Shown: positions 21,077 through 32,369, counted from the stretch's first letter. The stretch: 64,000 nucleotides of DNA from Clostridia bacterium (GCA_900767465.1 CAAGAW010000009.1:67537-131536); one strand, 5' to 3'. Notes: generated by a model not told the origin, from the sequence alone. A program made the numbers and translations.

Positions 21077-22144
21077 ATGATAACTGTACTCGTTGAGGAA
21101 AATTATGCAAAGAACAGCCGCGTCGGTCTTATACTGGACGGCATTCTTTCGGTTACGCGTCGCAAGCGCGTTGCGGTCGAGGTTTACACGGACGAAAAGA
21201 AGATAAAAAGCAACCCGCGCGTAGTCGTTCTTATCTGTGCGTCGCTCAAATGGGCGACCGAAACCATCGAAAAATTCAACGATCGCGGAATCCACCCGTT
21301 GTTGTTCGGATTCCAGTATATCGACACGGTGTTCAGGTACAGTTGCATAACGCTTACTTATACGCAGAACACATATCTTCTTACCAGGTATCTTCTCGAT
21401 AAAGACAACGGCGAAACCGTTTTTCTCGGCGCGAACAAGGACTCGATGACCGACCGTCAGAAATACGTTGGAATGGAACTTGCGGTAAAAGAGGCGGGAA
21501 CGACCTATCGCGAAGTGGAAAACAAGGGCGACGTCGTCGCGTGTATCGACGAGTTTATGAAGAACTCCGACGGCGTGAAAAACGTCGTTTGCAGCAGCGA
21601 CGCCGTAGCGATAATCCTCTGTACGCGCTATCCCGAAGTCCCGACGAAATTCAACGTCTGCAGTTGCAGCGCGATGAAGTTTTCCGAGCGTATGCAGGTA
21701 AAATATCCGACCGCTTGTATCAACTACTACAAAGCGGGCGTTCAGATTGCCGAACTCTATTTGTTTTTGGAAAGAAGCGACGAAATCAATTCTACGTTCA
21801 TGACGCTCGAGATGGATCTTAACCTTAACGACGGCGGCGAAAACTCGCTTTCGTATGAGTCGAGAGGACTTACGAAAAGCAGTAAAACCGTCGATTTTTA
21901 CGGCGATCCGAGCGTAAGAGAAGTGGAACTTCTCGAAAATATGCTCTTAAAATGCGACGAAATCGACGAGGCGATCCTCAAATGGATAATGGCGGACGTG
22001 CCGTACGAAAAGATCGCGGAAATCGAAAATCTCGCGGTAAATACGGTAAAGTACCGTATACACGCCATGCTCGTAAATTCGGGCATTCAGTCCAAGCGCA
22101 AACTCGTCGAACTTCTCGGTTTTTACGGGCTTCGGTTTGACTGA
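21077..22144 (+). CDS. transcriptional regulator: periplasmic-binding-protein-like sugar-sensor domain fused to a C-terminal LuxR/GerE-type HTH
   Basis: C-terminal EIAEIENLAVNTVKYRIHAMLVNSGIQSKRKLVELL matches a LuxR-type HTH. N-terminal 250 aa looks like an alpha/beta LacI-type sugar-binding fold without an N-terminal HTH. The start codon is uncertain. Confidence 0.5.
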   Translation: MITVLVEENYAKNSRVGLILDGILSVTRRKRVAVEVYTDEKKIKSNPRVVVLICASLKWATETIEKFNDRGIHPLLFGFQYIDTVFRYSCITLTYTQNTYLLTRYLLDKDNGETVFLGANKDSMTDRQKYVGMELAVKEAGTTYREVENKGDVVACIDEFMKNSDGVKNVVCSSDAVAIILCTRYPEVPTKFNVCSCSAMKFSERMQVKYPTACINYYKAGVQIAELYLFLERSDEINSTFMTLEMDLNLNDGGENSLSYESRGLTKSSKTVDFYGDPSVREVELLENMLLKCDEIDEAILKWIMADVPYEKIAEIENLAVNTVKYRIHAMLVNSGIQSKRKLVELLGFYGLRFD

Positions 22145-22241
22145 AAATACATATTTCGGCGGATAAAATCGGCGAATTATTGTCTTGAAAATCCCTCTTT
22201 TTTCGTTTATAATAGAATCAACGATAAGAGAGGTTTTTATT

Positions 22242-25200
22242 ATGACGACTACAGTTAAAAAAGAGAGGATCGTTATCCCCACTTACCCCGTCGGCGCACC
22301 CGAACCGTTGCCGATGTATTTTGAAAAACGTCCCTATCAGGGCGCAAGCGGCAAAGTTTATCCCATTCCGTACACGTCCGCAATCGGAGACGAACGCGAC
22401 GATAACCGCGAGTACGAGGCGATCGTTCTCGAAAACGACTGGGTGAGAGTGGAACTTCTCCCCGAAATCGGCGGCAAAGTTCACGGCGCGGTCGATAAAA
22501 CCAACGGATACGAATACGTTTATACGAATAAAGTCATCAAACCCGCAATGGTAGGCTTAGCAGGACCGTGGGTGTCGGGCGGAATCGAATTCAACTATCC
22601 CCAGCACCACCGTCCCACGACGTTCATGCCCGCCGAATGGGCAATCGTCGGCAGCGGCGACGACAAACGCGCCGTCATGGGCGAAACCGATTATTTCTAC
22701 GGTCTTAAAGGTATGACCGAGTTGTCGCTTATTCCCGGCACCAACTGCCTTCGCGCCCGCGTTACCGTGTATAACGGCACGAGCGTCGAACGTCCCTTTA
22801 TGTGGTGGGCGAACCTTGCCGTAGGGATCAACGACGATTACGACGTCGTATTCCCGCCGGACGTCGAATCGGTAAACGACCACGACCGCAGGACGATTCT
22901 CGAATGGCCGGTCGCGAGCGGCGTTTACAAAACCGCGCGCCCGTTCGATTACGGCAAAGGTACCGACATTCATCATCACAAAAACATAATGGTTCCGACC
23001 TCGATGATGATTTCGCGCGGTCAAAGCGACGAGGACTTCGTTTCCGGTTACGACAACGGCAAAAAAGCGGGTATCGTAACTATCGCGAATCATCACGTTT
23101 CCCCGGGTAAAAAACTCTGGACGTGGGGCAACTGCAATTTCGGCCGCAAATGGTGTGCCAACCTCACCGACGACGGCACGCGTTATATAGAACTTATGAC
23201 GGGCGTGTATACCGACAATCAGCCCGACTTTACGTGGATCGCACCGCACGAAACCAAGATTTTCGATCAGTTCTGGTACCCCGTAAAAGAAATCGGCGAA
23301 GTAAAGCGCGCAACCGAAAAGGGAGCAATCAACCTCGAAAAGACGGATAACGGCGCGTTTATCGGATATTATTCCACGTCGAAAGGCAAGTTCATCGTAA
23401 CGCTTACCGCCGGAGGCAAAACGATTTATACGGACAAAACCGAAATTTCGCCCGAAAAACCGTTTACCGCGACCGTGGATTTCGACGGCGACTTCAACGA
23501 CCTTTGCGTTACCGTAAAACGCGGAAACGAAACGGTTATCGAGTATTCGCCCATCGTAAAACAAGGCAAAAAACCGATCGAACCCCGCAAACCCGCGCCC
23601 AAGCCGTCCGAGATTTCGTCCGCCGAAGAACTCTGGATTCACGGCACGCACCTTCGTCAGTACAAGCACTTCGCGTACCGTCCCGAGGATTATTTTCTCG
23701 AAGCGCTCCGCCGCGATAAAAACGATATTCGCTGCAATCAGGCGATGGGCGACCTTTGCTACGACAGAGGAATGTTCGAAGAGGCAATCGCTTACTATAC
23801 GACCGCGCTCGATCGTCAACGCCTTCGCAACGCAAACCCCGACGACACGTCCGCGTTCTACCGCCGCGCGCTTTGCAAATTCCGCCTCGGCGACGAAAAA
23901 GGCGCGTTCGACGACGCGTATTCGGCTGTTTGGAGTTACGCAAACCGCACCGCCGCATACTATCTTCTTGCGAAAATCGCGTCGAAACGCGGCGACAAAT
24001 CGCAAGCGGTCGATTTCCTTCGTCTCGCGCTCGAAACCAACGTCCGCGACCTTCGCGCTCGTTACGCGCTCGCGATCCTTACCGGCGACGACAAGGCGAC
24101 AGAGGATATAAAAGCCTCCGATCCGCTGTTTATCCCGAATCCCCGCGATACGAGAAGAGCAATCGAGTTCGCCGTCGAACTATCCGATTTCGGGCTAACC
24201 GACCTTGCCGTAAAAACGCTCGAAGCGGCAGACGACGGCGCGGGCAAGTTCTATTACCTCGCGTACCTCACCCGCGGCGCAAAACGCAAAGAGTACCTCA
24301 AAGCCGCCGATTCAAGTCCGTGGCAGTACGCTTTTCCGTCGCGCATCGAAAGTATCGCCGTGCTTAAAGCCGCCGGAACACCTATGGCTTCGTACTATCT
24401 CGGCTGCCTGCTGTACTCGTTCGAGAGTTACGCAGAAGCGGCAAAAGCGTGGGAAAAGACGGTTAAATCGCTCGATTTCGCGCCCGCGTACCGCAACCTT
24501 TCGCTCGCGTATTACGACCACCTCGACAAGCCCGTGCTTGCCCGCAAGAGCCTCGAAACCGCCCGTCGCCTTATGCCCGAAAGCGGTCGAATCTTTTTTG
24601 AACTTACCCAACTATATAAGAGTCTCGATCTCCCGCTCGACGAGCGTCTCGCGCTTTACGAATCTGATCCCGACCTCGTTGCAACGCGTGACGATTGTAC
24701 CTTGCAATACTCGGTTCTTTTAACCGAAAAGGGCGAGTACGAAAAGGCGAAAGCGGTTCTCGACGGACACCGTTTCCATACGTACGAGGGCGGCGAGGGC
24801 AACCTCACCCAGCACCACGCGTGGCTGTACCTTCTTCGCGGACTTGCCGAAAAAGACGCGAAAAAGCGTACGGAAATCCTCGAATCCGGTCTCGTATTCC
24901 CGCTTAACTACGGCGAAGAGAAGAACTACTTCGTCAACGACGCGCCTTTGTATTACGCGCTCGCAACCACCGACGGGGCGGATTCGGCGAAGTTCCTCGG
25001 CGAGGCGGTTTCCACCAAAGGCGCGCCCACGATCCACAGTTACTGGCAAACGCTCGCGTACCGCGCCCGCGGCGAAGAGAGCAGAGCGATCGGTCTTGCC
25101 AACGAGATGATCGCTATCGGCGAAAACAAAATCGAAAACGCCGACGTAAACGACTATTACGGAGTCGGCTCGCCCGCGTACCCGCCGTTCGGCTACGACA

Positions 25201-25358
25201 TCGTCAAGGCTCACGTGCTTGCGGGAAGTATGATGTGCGCGTTCGGACACCTCGCCCGCGGCGAAAAAGAAAAGGCGATCGCTTACGCCTCCGCCGCCCG
25301 CAAAATCGACTCGGCAGACTTCAACCTCTACCTGTTCGATACCGTTCTTTGCGGCTGA
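22242..25358 (+). CDS. DUF5107-like N-terminal domain protein with C-terminal TPR repeats
   Basis: Start taken at MTTTVKKERIV, where an RBS is present. The N-terminal block IPTYPVGAPEPLPMYFEKRPYQGASGKVYPIPY recalls DUF5107. C-terminal half is Ala/Leu/Tyr-rich TPR-like. Function unknown. Confidence 0.5.
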   Translation: MTTTVKKERIVIPTYPVGAPEPLPMYFEKRPYQGASGKVYPIPYTSAIGDERDDNREYEAIVLENDWVRVELLPEIGGKVHGAVDKTNGYEYVYTNKVIKPAMVGLAGPWVSGGIEFNYPQHHRPTTFMPAEWAIVGSGDDKRAVMGETDYFYGLKGMTELSLIPGTNCLRARVTVYNGTSVERPFMWWANLAVGINDDYDVVFPPDVESVNDHDRRTILEWPVASGVYKTARPFDYGKGTDIHHHKNIMVPTSMMISRGQSDEDFVSGYDNGKKAGIVTIANHHVSPGKKLWTWGNCNFGRKWCANLTDDGTRYIELMTGVYTDNQPDFTWIAPHETKIFDQFWYPVKEIGEVKRATEKGAINLEKTDNGAFIGYYSTSKGKFIVTLTAGGKTIYTDKTEISPEKPFTATVDFDGDFNDLCVTVKRGNETVIEYSPIVKQGKKPIEPRKPAPKPSEISSAEELWIHGTHLRQYKHFAYRPEDYFLEALRRDKNDIRCNQAMGDLCYDRGMFEEAIAYYTTALDRQRLRNANPDDTSAFYRRALCKFRLGDEKGAFDDAYSAVWSYANRTAAYYLLAKIASKRGDKSQAVDFLRLALETNVRDLRARYALAILTGDDKATEDIKASDPLFIPNPRDTRRAIEFAVELSDFGLTDLAVKTLEAADDGAGKFYYLAYLTRGAKRKEYLKAADSSPWQYAFPSRIESIAVLKAAGTPMASYYLGCLLYSFESYAEAAKAWEKTVKSLDFAPAYRNLSLAYYDHLDKPVLARKSLETARRLMPESGRIFFELTQLYKSLDLPLDERLALYESDPDLVATRDDCTLQYSVLLTEKGEYEKAKAVLDGHRFHTYEGGEGNLTQHHAWLYLLRGLAEKDAKKRTEILESGLVFPLNYGEEKNYFVNDAPLYYALATTDGADSAKFLGEAVSTKGAPTIHSYWQTLAYRARGEESRAIGLANEMIAIGENKIENADVNDYYGVGSPAYPPFGYDIVKAHVLAGSMMCAFGHLARGEKEKAIAYASAARKIDSADFNLYLFDTVLCG

Positions 25359-25388
25359 TCGTCGCAAAAACGTTAATACGTATATACA

Positions 25389-25424
25389 AAACCTCGACGT
25401 TTCGTAAGATCCGCCGAGGTTTTC
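25389..25424 (+). terminator. rho-independent terminator (aaacctcg...cgaggttttcc)
   Basis: Hairpin plus T-run 30 nt after the stop at 25358. Confidence 0.6.
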
Positions 25425-25573
25425 CGTTGCGATATTTCCGATCGTCGAAATTTAACTTACCTGAAAGTCATACGAAAAATAAAATAAATTTCGGCGTCGG
25501 CGGCGGCTCAAACGATTGTCTTTTTTTTTGCGGCGTGGTATAATGAAAAAGACGTTATTTTTGAGGTGCACAC

Positions 25574-27061
25574 ATGACGAAGATAGGATTTGATAACGAC
25601 AAGTACGTAAAAACGCAGTCCGAACATATCCGCGAGCGTATCGCGAAGTTCGGCGGCAAACTTTATCTCGAATTCGGCGGCAAACTGTTCGACGATTACC
25701 ATGCGTCGCGCGTTCTGCCGGGATTTCAGCCGGACAGCAAACTCAAAATGCTGCTCAAACTCAAAGACCACGCCGAAATCGTTATCGTCGTCAGTTCGCA
25801 AGCCCTCGAAAAGAACAAGATTCGCGGCGACTTCGGCATAACTTACGATCTTGACGTTCTTCGGCTTATCGACGCGTTCCGATCCGTCGATCTTTTCGTC
25901 GGCAGCGTCGTTCTCACGCAGTTCTGCGGGCAGGCGAGAGCGGTTCAGTTCGAGCATAAACTCAAAACCTTGGGCGTAAAGACATACCGTCATTACCCGA
26001 TCGAAGGATACCCCTACGACGTGGCGCATATCGTCAGCGACGAGGGATACGGCAAAAACGACTATATAGAAACCGAGCGCGAACTTATCGTCGTAACCGC
26101 ACCGGGACCGGGGAGCGGCAAAATGGCAACGTGTCTCAGCCAACTCTACCACGACCACAAGCGAGGAATCAAAGCGGGCTACGCGAAATTCGAGACGTTC
26201 CCGATCTGGAATCTTCCGCTTAAACACCCCGTAAATATCGCGTACGAGGCGGCGACGGCGGATCTTAACGACGTAAATATGATCGACCCGTTCCACCTCG
26301 AAGCGTACGGCGTCACTACCGTAAATTACAATCGCGACGTGGAAATTTTCCCCGTTCTCAATAATATTTTCGAGCGGATTTACGGCGAGAGTCCGTACAA
26401 GTCGCCGACCGATATGGGCGTGAACATGGCGGGTAACTGTATTTTCGACGACGAGGCGGTTTGTAAAGCCGCCAACGACGAAATTATCCGTCGCTATCTC
26501 CAGACCCTTTGCGACAACTTGCAGGACAAAGTGGGTGAGGAGGCGGTATTCAAAACCAAACTTCTGATGAAGCAGTCGGGTCTCGATCTTACGTTCCGTC
26601 CGGTAGTCGGAGCGGCGCAGAAGAAAGAGGAAGAAACGGGCGCGCCGGCAGCCGCGCTTCAACTCGAAGACGGCACGTTGATTACCGGCAAAACCTCGTC
26701 GCTTCTCGGCGCAAGTTCCGCGCTTTTACTTAACGTTCTCAAAGCACTTGCGGGGATTCGCGACGACGTGCTTTTGCTTTCGCCGGCGGTTATCGAACCC
26801 ATTCAGGTTCTTAAAACCAAGCATCTCGGCAACGGCAATCCGCGACTTCACACCGACGAAATTCTTATCGCGCTTTCGATATGCGCCGTAACGAGTCCCA
26901 CGGCGATGCTTGCGATGCAGCAGCTTCCCAAACTCCGCGGGCTCGAAATGCACTCGACCGTAATCCTTTCGCAGGTGGACGTCAACGTGCTTAAAAAACT
27001 CGGCGTTCATCTTACCACCGACGCGCGTTACCAGAGCAAAAAACTTTATCACCGCGGCTGA
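25574..27061 (+). CDS. UPF0371/DUF1846 family protein
   Basis: N-terminus GFDNDKYVKTQSEHIRERIAKFGGKLYLEFGGKLFDDYHASRVLPGFQPD is characteristic of the Firmicute UPF0371 family. Preceded by a TTGTCT-17-TGGTATAAT promoter. Confidence 0.6.
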   Translation: MTKIGFDNDKYVKTQSEHIRERIAKFGGKLYLEFGGKLFDDYHASRVLPGFQPDSKLKMLLKLKDHAEIVIVVSSQALEKNKIRGDFGITYDLDVLRLIDAFRSVDLFVGSVVLTQFCGQARAVQFEHKLKTLGVKTYRHYPIEGYPYDVAHIVSDEGYGKNDYIETERELIVVTAPGPGSGKMATCLSQLYHDHKRGIKAGYAKFETFPIWNLPLKHPVNIAYEAATADLNDVNMIDPFHLEAYGVTTVNYNRDVEIFPVLNNIFERIYGESPYKSPTDMGVNMAGNCIFDDEAVCKAANDEIIRRYLQTLCDNLQDKVGEEAVFKTKLLMKQSGLDLTFRPVVGAAQKKEEETGAPAAALQLEDGTLITGKTSSLLGASSALLLNVLKALAGIRDDVLLLSPAVIEPIQVLKTKHLGNGNPRLHTDEILIALSICAVTSPTAMLAMQQLPKLRGLEMHSTVILSQVDVNVLKKLGVHLTTDARYQSKKLYHRG

Positions 27062-27078
27062 ACAATCGCTACGAAACG

Positions 27079-27108
27079 CCGACCTTCCTTTGCGAGGGTC
27101 GGTTTTTT
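27079..27108 (+). terminator. rho-independent terminator (ccgacc...ggtcgg plus TTTTTT)
   Basis: Read from the sequence. Paired with a minus-strand terminator at 27114-27147 (A-run plus cgctccg...cggagcg) serving the convergent GDPD gene. Confidence 0.6.
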
Positions 27109-27169
27109 CATGCAAAAAAAACGCTCCGCTTGTGTGTAAACGGAGCGCAATCTGCAAAAGTCGATTAAC

Positions 27170-27901
27170 TTATTCTATTACGGGGATAAAATTCTCGAAA
27201 ATGAAGTTGTCGCAATGCGGCAAAACCTTCTCCATGTCCGTATTGCTGCGAATCGTCCACGCAAGCACGGGAAGTCCGGTTCTCGTTACGTATTTATTCG
27301 GCAAATCCTTGCCCGCGTACGAAATAAAGTCGGGAGAGGAAATTTTAGTGACTTTGAGACGGTTAAAAACAAAGCGTTTGTACCAGGTAAAGTCCTTTTT
27401 CCCGAACACGCACGAAAGTTGTCCGCGCGGAATCTGCGGCGCGTTCTTTTTAAAGAATTCCATAGAGTATGGGTTAAACGACTGAACCGCGTATTCGCCG
27501 CCGTATGGGCGCAACAAATCGAGAACGGCTTGTTCGAGTTCGCCGCTCTTGTTCGAGTTGGAATTTTTGATTTCGATAAGAAGAGGAACGCGACCGTCCA
27601 CGAGTTCGAGGACTTCGGCAAAATAGGGTATACGTTCGTCCGAGCCGGCAAGACGAATTTCGTCGAGGTCGGCTTTGGAGAGTTTACAAACGTAACCGTC
27701 GCGGTTAGTCATTCTTTTTATGCTGTCGTCGTGGAAAACGACCACCGATCCGTCATCAATCGGACGGACGTCAAGTTCTATCGGAAAGCCCGCCTTAACG
27801 GCGCGCGAAAAAGCAGATAAAGAATTTTCAGGCGTAAGTTCGTCGTGCAGCCCCCTATGCGCGATCGGTCGCGTGAAAAGTCCGGATTTTTTTATATCCA
27901 T
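27170..27901 (-). CDS. glycerophosphodiester phosphodiesterase family protein
   Basis: IAHRG...ENS.SAF...AGF.IELDV...DG.VVVFHDD are GDPD motifs. Confidence 0.8.
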   Translation of the reverse strand: MDIKKSGLFTRPIAHRGLHDELTPENSLSAFSRAVKAGFPIELDVRPIDDGSVVVFHDDSIKRMTNRDGYVCKLSKADLDEIRLAGSDERIPYFAEVLELVDGRVPLLIEIKNSNSNKSGELEQAVLDLLRPYGGEYAVQSFNPYSMEFFKKNAPQIPRGQLSCVFGKKDFTWYKRFVFNRLKVTKISSPDFISYAGKDLPNKYVTRTGLPVLAWTIRSNTDMEKVLPHCDNFIFENFIPVIE

Positions 27902-28125
27902 ATTTACCTCACGGCAAAGAATCGTTCTACTTCACAATTATAACACAAAAAGTCGATACGTGCAAGAGTTTTTTACTGATTTTTCTCCGTTTCGACAAAA
28001 TTTTTGGACGAAAAGCGCGCAAGTGACGACGAAACCGCGGGATAAGCGTGTGCGCTCGTTATTTTTTGAAAGAAACAAACCTCAAATAAGTTGCGTTTTT
28101 CCGGACAAAAAGATATAATATAACC

Positions 28126-29925
28126 ATGAGTAAACAAACGCATATAAGAAATTTTTGTATCATTGCGCATATCGACCACGGCAAAAGCACGCTTGCCGAC
28201 CGGCTTATCGAGGAAACGGGTACGGTAGCCAAACGCGATCTGAGCGATCAGCTTCTCGACAGTATGGATATCGAGCGCGAGCGCGGCATAACAATAAAAC
28301 TCACCCCAGTAAGAATGAAATACACGTACGAGGGCGAGGAGTATATACTTAACCTTATCGACACCCCGGGACACGTGGACTTTACCAACGAAGTGTCTCG
28401 TTCGCTCGCGGCTTGCGAAGGCGCGATACTCGTTGTCGACGCGTCGCAGGGCGTAGAGGCGCAAACGCTTGCAAACGTGTACCTTGCGGTGGATAACGAT
28501 CTCGAAATCCTGCCCGTAATAAATAAAATCGACCTTCCTTCCGCCCGCCCCGAAGAGGTGAAAGCGGAAATCGAAGACGTTATCGGAATCCCCGCCGACG
28601 TCGCGCCGCTTGTTTCGGCTAAGGAAGGGATCGGTATAACCGAAGTCCTCGAAAAAGTAATCGAACTGTTCCCGTCCCCGAAAGGCGACGAGGAAAAACC
28701 GCTTAAAGCGCTCATTTTCGATTCGTTCTACGACAATTACAAGGGAGCGGTGTGCCTTGTCCGCATCTTCGACGGCGAAATCAAAGCGGGCGACCGTATC
28801 CGACTTATGAACACGGGCAAAGAGTTCGATACGGTGGAAGTGGGGTATTTTGACCCGAAAATGCACCCCGCGGACTCCCTTTCGGCGGGCGAAGTCGGTT
28901 ACGTTTGCGCTTCCATAAAAAACGTGGAAGACACCGCGCCGGGCGATACCATAACGCTTTGCGAGCGACCGGCGGCAGAGCCGTGCGCCGGATATAAGCC
29001 CGTTCAGCCGGTGGTTTATTGCGGAATTTATCCCGTGGACGGCAGCAAGTACAACGATCTTAAAGACGCGCTCGAACGGCTTAAACTCAACGACGCCGCG
29101 CTCTTTTTCGAGCCGGAAGTGTCGGTTGCGCTCGGGTTCGGTTTCCGCTGCGGATTCCTCGGACTTCTGCACATGGAAATCATCGAAGAACGGCTCGAGC
29201 GCGAGTTTAATCTCGACCTTATCACAACCGCGCCGGGCGTTAATTACCGCGTCGTAAAAACGAACGGCGAAGTGGTTACCGTCACCAATCCCGCCAACCT
29301 TCCCAACCTCTCCGAAGTCGAGCATATCGAAGAGCCTATCGTAACGGCGTACGTTTACACGCCGCCCGAATATATCGGGCCGATCATGGAACTGTGTCAG
29401 GAAAAACGCGGCGAGTATCTCGATATGGTATACCTCGACAAAACGCGCGTAAAACTTCATTACGAAATTCCGCTCAACGAAATCGTTTACGACTTTTTCG
29501 ACGGCTTGAAATCCCGCACGCGCGGCTACGCGAGCCTCGACTACGAAATCAAGGGTTATAAACCGAGCGACCTCGTAAAACTCGATATTATGCTCAACAA
29601 CGAGATCTGCGACGCGCTAAGTATAATCGTTCATCGCGACAAAGCGTACGCCCGCGGCAGATCTATCGCCGAAAAACTCAAAGAGGTTATACCGCGCCAA
29701 ATGTTCGAGATCCCCATTCAAGCGGCTATCGGCTCCAAAATCATCGCGCGCGAAACCGTAAAAGCGCTTCGTAAAGACGTTCTCGCCAAGTGTTACGGCG
29801 GCGACATCACGCGTAAGAAAAAACTTCTCGAAAAACAGAAAGAGGGAAAAAAACGTATGCGTCAGGTCGGCTCTGTCGAGGTCCCGTCCGAAGCGTTTAT
29901 GTCGGTGCTTAAACTTGATAAATAA
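28126..29925 (+). CDS. lepA: elongation factor 4
   Basis: [22 protein letters not shown]-domain and full-length LepA-like sequence. Confidence 0.95.
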   Translation: MSKQTHIRNFCIIAHIDHGKSTLADRLIEETGTVAKRDLSDQLLDSMDIERERGITIKLTPVRMKYTYEGEEYILNLIDTPGHVDFTNEVSRSLAACEGAILVVDASQGVEAQTLANVYLAVDNDLEILPVINKIDLPSARPEEVKAEIEDVIGIPADVAPLVSAKEGIGITEVLEKVIELFPSPKGDEEKPLKALIFDSFYDNYKGAVCLVRIFDGEIKAGDRIRLMNTGKEFDTVEVGYFDPKMHPADSLSAGEVGYVCASIKNVEDTAPGDTITLCERPAAEPCAGYKPVQPVVYCGIYPVDGSKYNDLKDALERLKLNDAALFFEPEVSVALGFGFRCGFLGLLHMEIIEERLEREFNLDLITTAPGVNYRVVKTNGEVVTVTNPANLPNLSEVEHIEEPIVTAYVYTPPEYIGPIMELCQEKRGEYLDMVYLDKTRVKLHYEIPLNEIVYDFFDGLKSRTRGYASLDYEIKGYKPSDLVKLDIMLNNEICDALSIIVHRDKAYARGRSIAEKLKEVIPRQMFEIPIQAAIGSKIIARETVKALRKDVLAKCYGGDITRKKKLLEKQKEGKKRMRQVGSVEVPSEAFMSVLKLDK

Positions 29926-31024
29926 CGACGAAAAACTACTAAAAACGGGTGTTTACGTGCATTTTCCGTACTGTAAGTCGAAGTGCGCGTATTGCTCGTT
30001 TTGTTCTTCCGCGGATAAAAGCACGGCGGAAGATTACGTAAAATCGCTTTGTCGCGAGATAAACGACCGCGGCAACGGAGCAAGCGTAAATACCGTTTAT
30101 TTCGGCGGCGGAACGCCGTCGGTTATGCCTTTCGGCTCGCTTACTTCGGCGTTCGGAGCGATCGCGAAACGCTTTGACCTGTCGGAACTTGACGAGTTCA
30201 CCGTCGAGGCGAATCCCGATTCGGTTACGCACGACTTTATCCGCGAGATAAAAAGCGTCGGCGTAAACCGCGTGAGTATGGGACTTCAGTCCGCGTCCGA
30301 CGAGATTCTCGAAAAGATCGGCAGGGTACATACGGTCGGGCGGTTTCGTCGGGCTGTCGAGGCTTTACGCGACGCAGGAATAGACAATATTTCGTCCGAC
30401 CTTATTATCGGGTTGGACGGGCAGGACGAGCGCGACGTGGAAAACGCCGTAAAACTCTGGCAAGACCTCGGTATAACGCACGCGTCCGTGTACTCGTTGT
30501 CGGTGGAGGAAGGAACGCCGATGTATCGCTCGGGGTATCGTCCCGATCCCGATCGTCAGGCGGATATGTACGAATTTGCCGTAAAGATGTTAAAGGGTGC
30601 GGGATTCGACCGCTACGAAGTGAGCAACTTTGCCCGCAACGGCAAGATTTCGCTGCATAACTACAAGTATTGGACGGGCGCGGATTATTACGGGTTCGGC
30701 GCGGCGGCACATTCTAAAATCGGCAAAACTCGTCGCGAAAACCCCTCGGACGCGCTTGCGTATATAAACGGAGCGGGCATAAAAGAGTACGGTTTATCGC
30801 CGTCCGACGAGCGCACCGAATATATAATGTTGTCGCTTCGCACCGCAAACGGGCTTAATTACGAACGGTATCTTGCCGTGACGGGTAACGATATTCGCCG
30901 CGAGAGGGCGAAAGAGATCGCAGAACTTATAAAACTCGGAGTTGCGGCGGACGACGGCGAGAATCTGCGCGCGACCGACAAGGGTTTTTATCTTCTCGAT
31001 TCGATAATAACGGAGCTTATGTAA
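29915..31024 (+). CDS. hemW: radical SAM family heme chaperone HemW (HemN-like)
   Basis: [10 protein letters not shown] radical-SAM CxxxCxxC motif, HemN-like length and the conserved lepA-hemW synteny. Confidence 0.8.
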   Translation: MINNDEKLLKTGVYVHFPYCKSKCAYCSFCSSADKSTAEDYVKSLCREINDRGNGASVNTVYFGGGTPSVMPFGSLTSAFGAIAKRFDLSELDEFTVEANPDSVTHDFIREIKSVGVNRVSMGLQSASDEILEKIGRVHTVGRFRRAVEALRDAGIDNISSDLIIGLDGQDERDVENAVKLWQDLGITHASVYSLSVEEGTPMYRSGYRPDPDRQADMYEFAVKMLKGAGFDRYEVSNFARNGKISLHNYKYWTGADYYGFGAAAHSKIGKTRRENPSDALAYINGAGIKEYGLSPSDERTEYIMLSLRTANGLNYERYLAVTGNDIRRERAKEIAELIKLGVAADDGENLRATDKGFYLLDSIITELM

Positions 31025-31204
31025 ATGGAAAACGAAAACAAAACGGTCGGGTCGGAAAAACGTAAAACCGCCGACGAAATCATTCGCGAAAAAGAACGCG
31101 AAAAGCAGCTTAAAAATAAATCCGCCCGCGAAATCGCCGAGTTCAAAAAACGCTATTTTGCTTATTACGACGATATAAAAATATCCCACCGCGAAGACTG
31201 GTAA
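31025..31204 (+). CDS. hypothetical small Lys/Glu-rich protein (59 aa)
   Basis: ATG overlaps the hemW stop (TAAATG). Composition is coding-like. Too short for the supplied ORF track. Confidence 0.3.
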   Translation: MENENKTVGSEKRKTADEIIREKEREKQLKNKSAREIAEFKKRYFAYYDDIKISHREDW

Positions 31205-31346
31205 GCGGGTTCGGTCGCCGGTTGCGCGGCGCGCGTCCGTCGTAACGGCAAAAACGTAAAATCGAAACGCCCCGAATAATCGGAGCGTTTTTGTTTATTG
31301 TTAACTTTTGCGTATTTGACCGTTTTACTGTTAAAATCGGACAAAA

Positions 31347-32357
31347 TTACTTAATTTCGTAGCCACAAGCGCGCATCATTACTTTATAAAGCGCGAGTTC
31401 GTAGTCGGGCGTGGCTGGTAAGGTCGCTTCGCCTTTTATCGCTTCGGCAAACCTTATCATCATCGGCGCGTAACGGTGGAACGGCTCGCTCGTTACGGTC
31501 GTTCCGTCCGCACCCCAGCCGTCTTTTTCGCAGTCGGAAAGAGTAACGTAACGCATCGTTGCGTTCTGCATACCGTTTTCGATAAATCTCTCGAGCGGTC
31601 GGATTTCGATCGTGCCTTTCGACCCGTTTATGACGAGTTGGCGGCGCATAAAACCGCCGTCCTCGACAGCCGTCGTTTTAAGAAAAGAGTAGCCGCGCGG
31701 ATATCTGAATACCGCCATTCCGAAGTCCTCGCCGACGCCCTGTTCCGTCGCAAGGTTAAGCGGTATAACGTCCTGCGGCTCGCCCTGAATCGCGTAAATC
31801 AGATCGACGAGATGACAGCCGAGGAAGAAAGTCATACCGCCCTTGTATTGATCCAGCCATTCGCGTTTGGCGCGGACGTGCAGGCAGTTCATTTGCGCTT
31901 CGACCGAATAGATTTCGCCGAGTTCGCCGCGTTTTACCTTATCGAGGGCGTCGATCACGAGCGGGTTGTATCGGTACATGTACCCCGTCGAAAAAACGAG
32001 ATTTTTCGCCTTGACCGTCGCGATCAGTTTTTCAAAAACGGGCAGATCGTAACCGCCTTGCTTGTCCATGTGGACGTGCAAACCTTTCTCCGCCGCCATA
32101 AGCGCGTATTTTCCGAGGCTGTAATCGTTGGTTTCGATAACCGCCGCGTCGAGTCCGGGCAAAGTCAAAGCGTCTTCGGCTTTGTATCTTTTAAGTCCCT
32201 TATACGGAGCCTTCGAGTTTTCGGTAAGCCCTTCGCCTTCGGTAATCGCGTAGCCTAAAACGTTGAAAACTTCGGGGTGCGAGCGCATAGCGTTCATTAC
32301 CATCGGCGCGTGATCGTGCCCGACTCCTATCTGAACCACGTTAATTCTGTCTTTCAT
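31347..32357 (-). CDS. Gfo/Idh/MocA family oxidoreductase
   Basis: N-terminal VVQIGVGHDH Rossmann motif and family-typical length. Confidence 0.75.
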   Translation of the reverse strand: MKDRINVVQIGVGHDHAPMVMNAMRSHPEVFNVLGYAITEGEGLTENSKAPYKGLKRYKAEDALTLPGLDAAVIETNDYSLGKYALMAAEKGLHVHMDKQGGYDLPVFEKLIATVKAKNLVFSTGYMYRYNPLVIDALDKVKRGELGEIYSVEAQMNCLHVRAKREWLDQYKGGMTFFLGCHLVDLIYAIQGEPQDVIPLNLATEQGVGEDFGMAVFRYPRGYSFLKTTAVEDGGFMRRQLVINGSKGTIEIRPLERFIENGMQNATMRYVTLSDCEKDGWGADGTTVTSEPFHRYAPMMIRFAEAIKGEATLPATPDYELALYKVMMRACGYEIK

Positions 32358-32369
32358 AATTTTGTCCCC

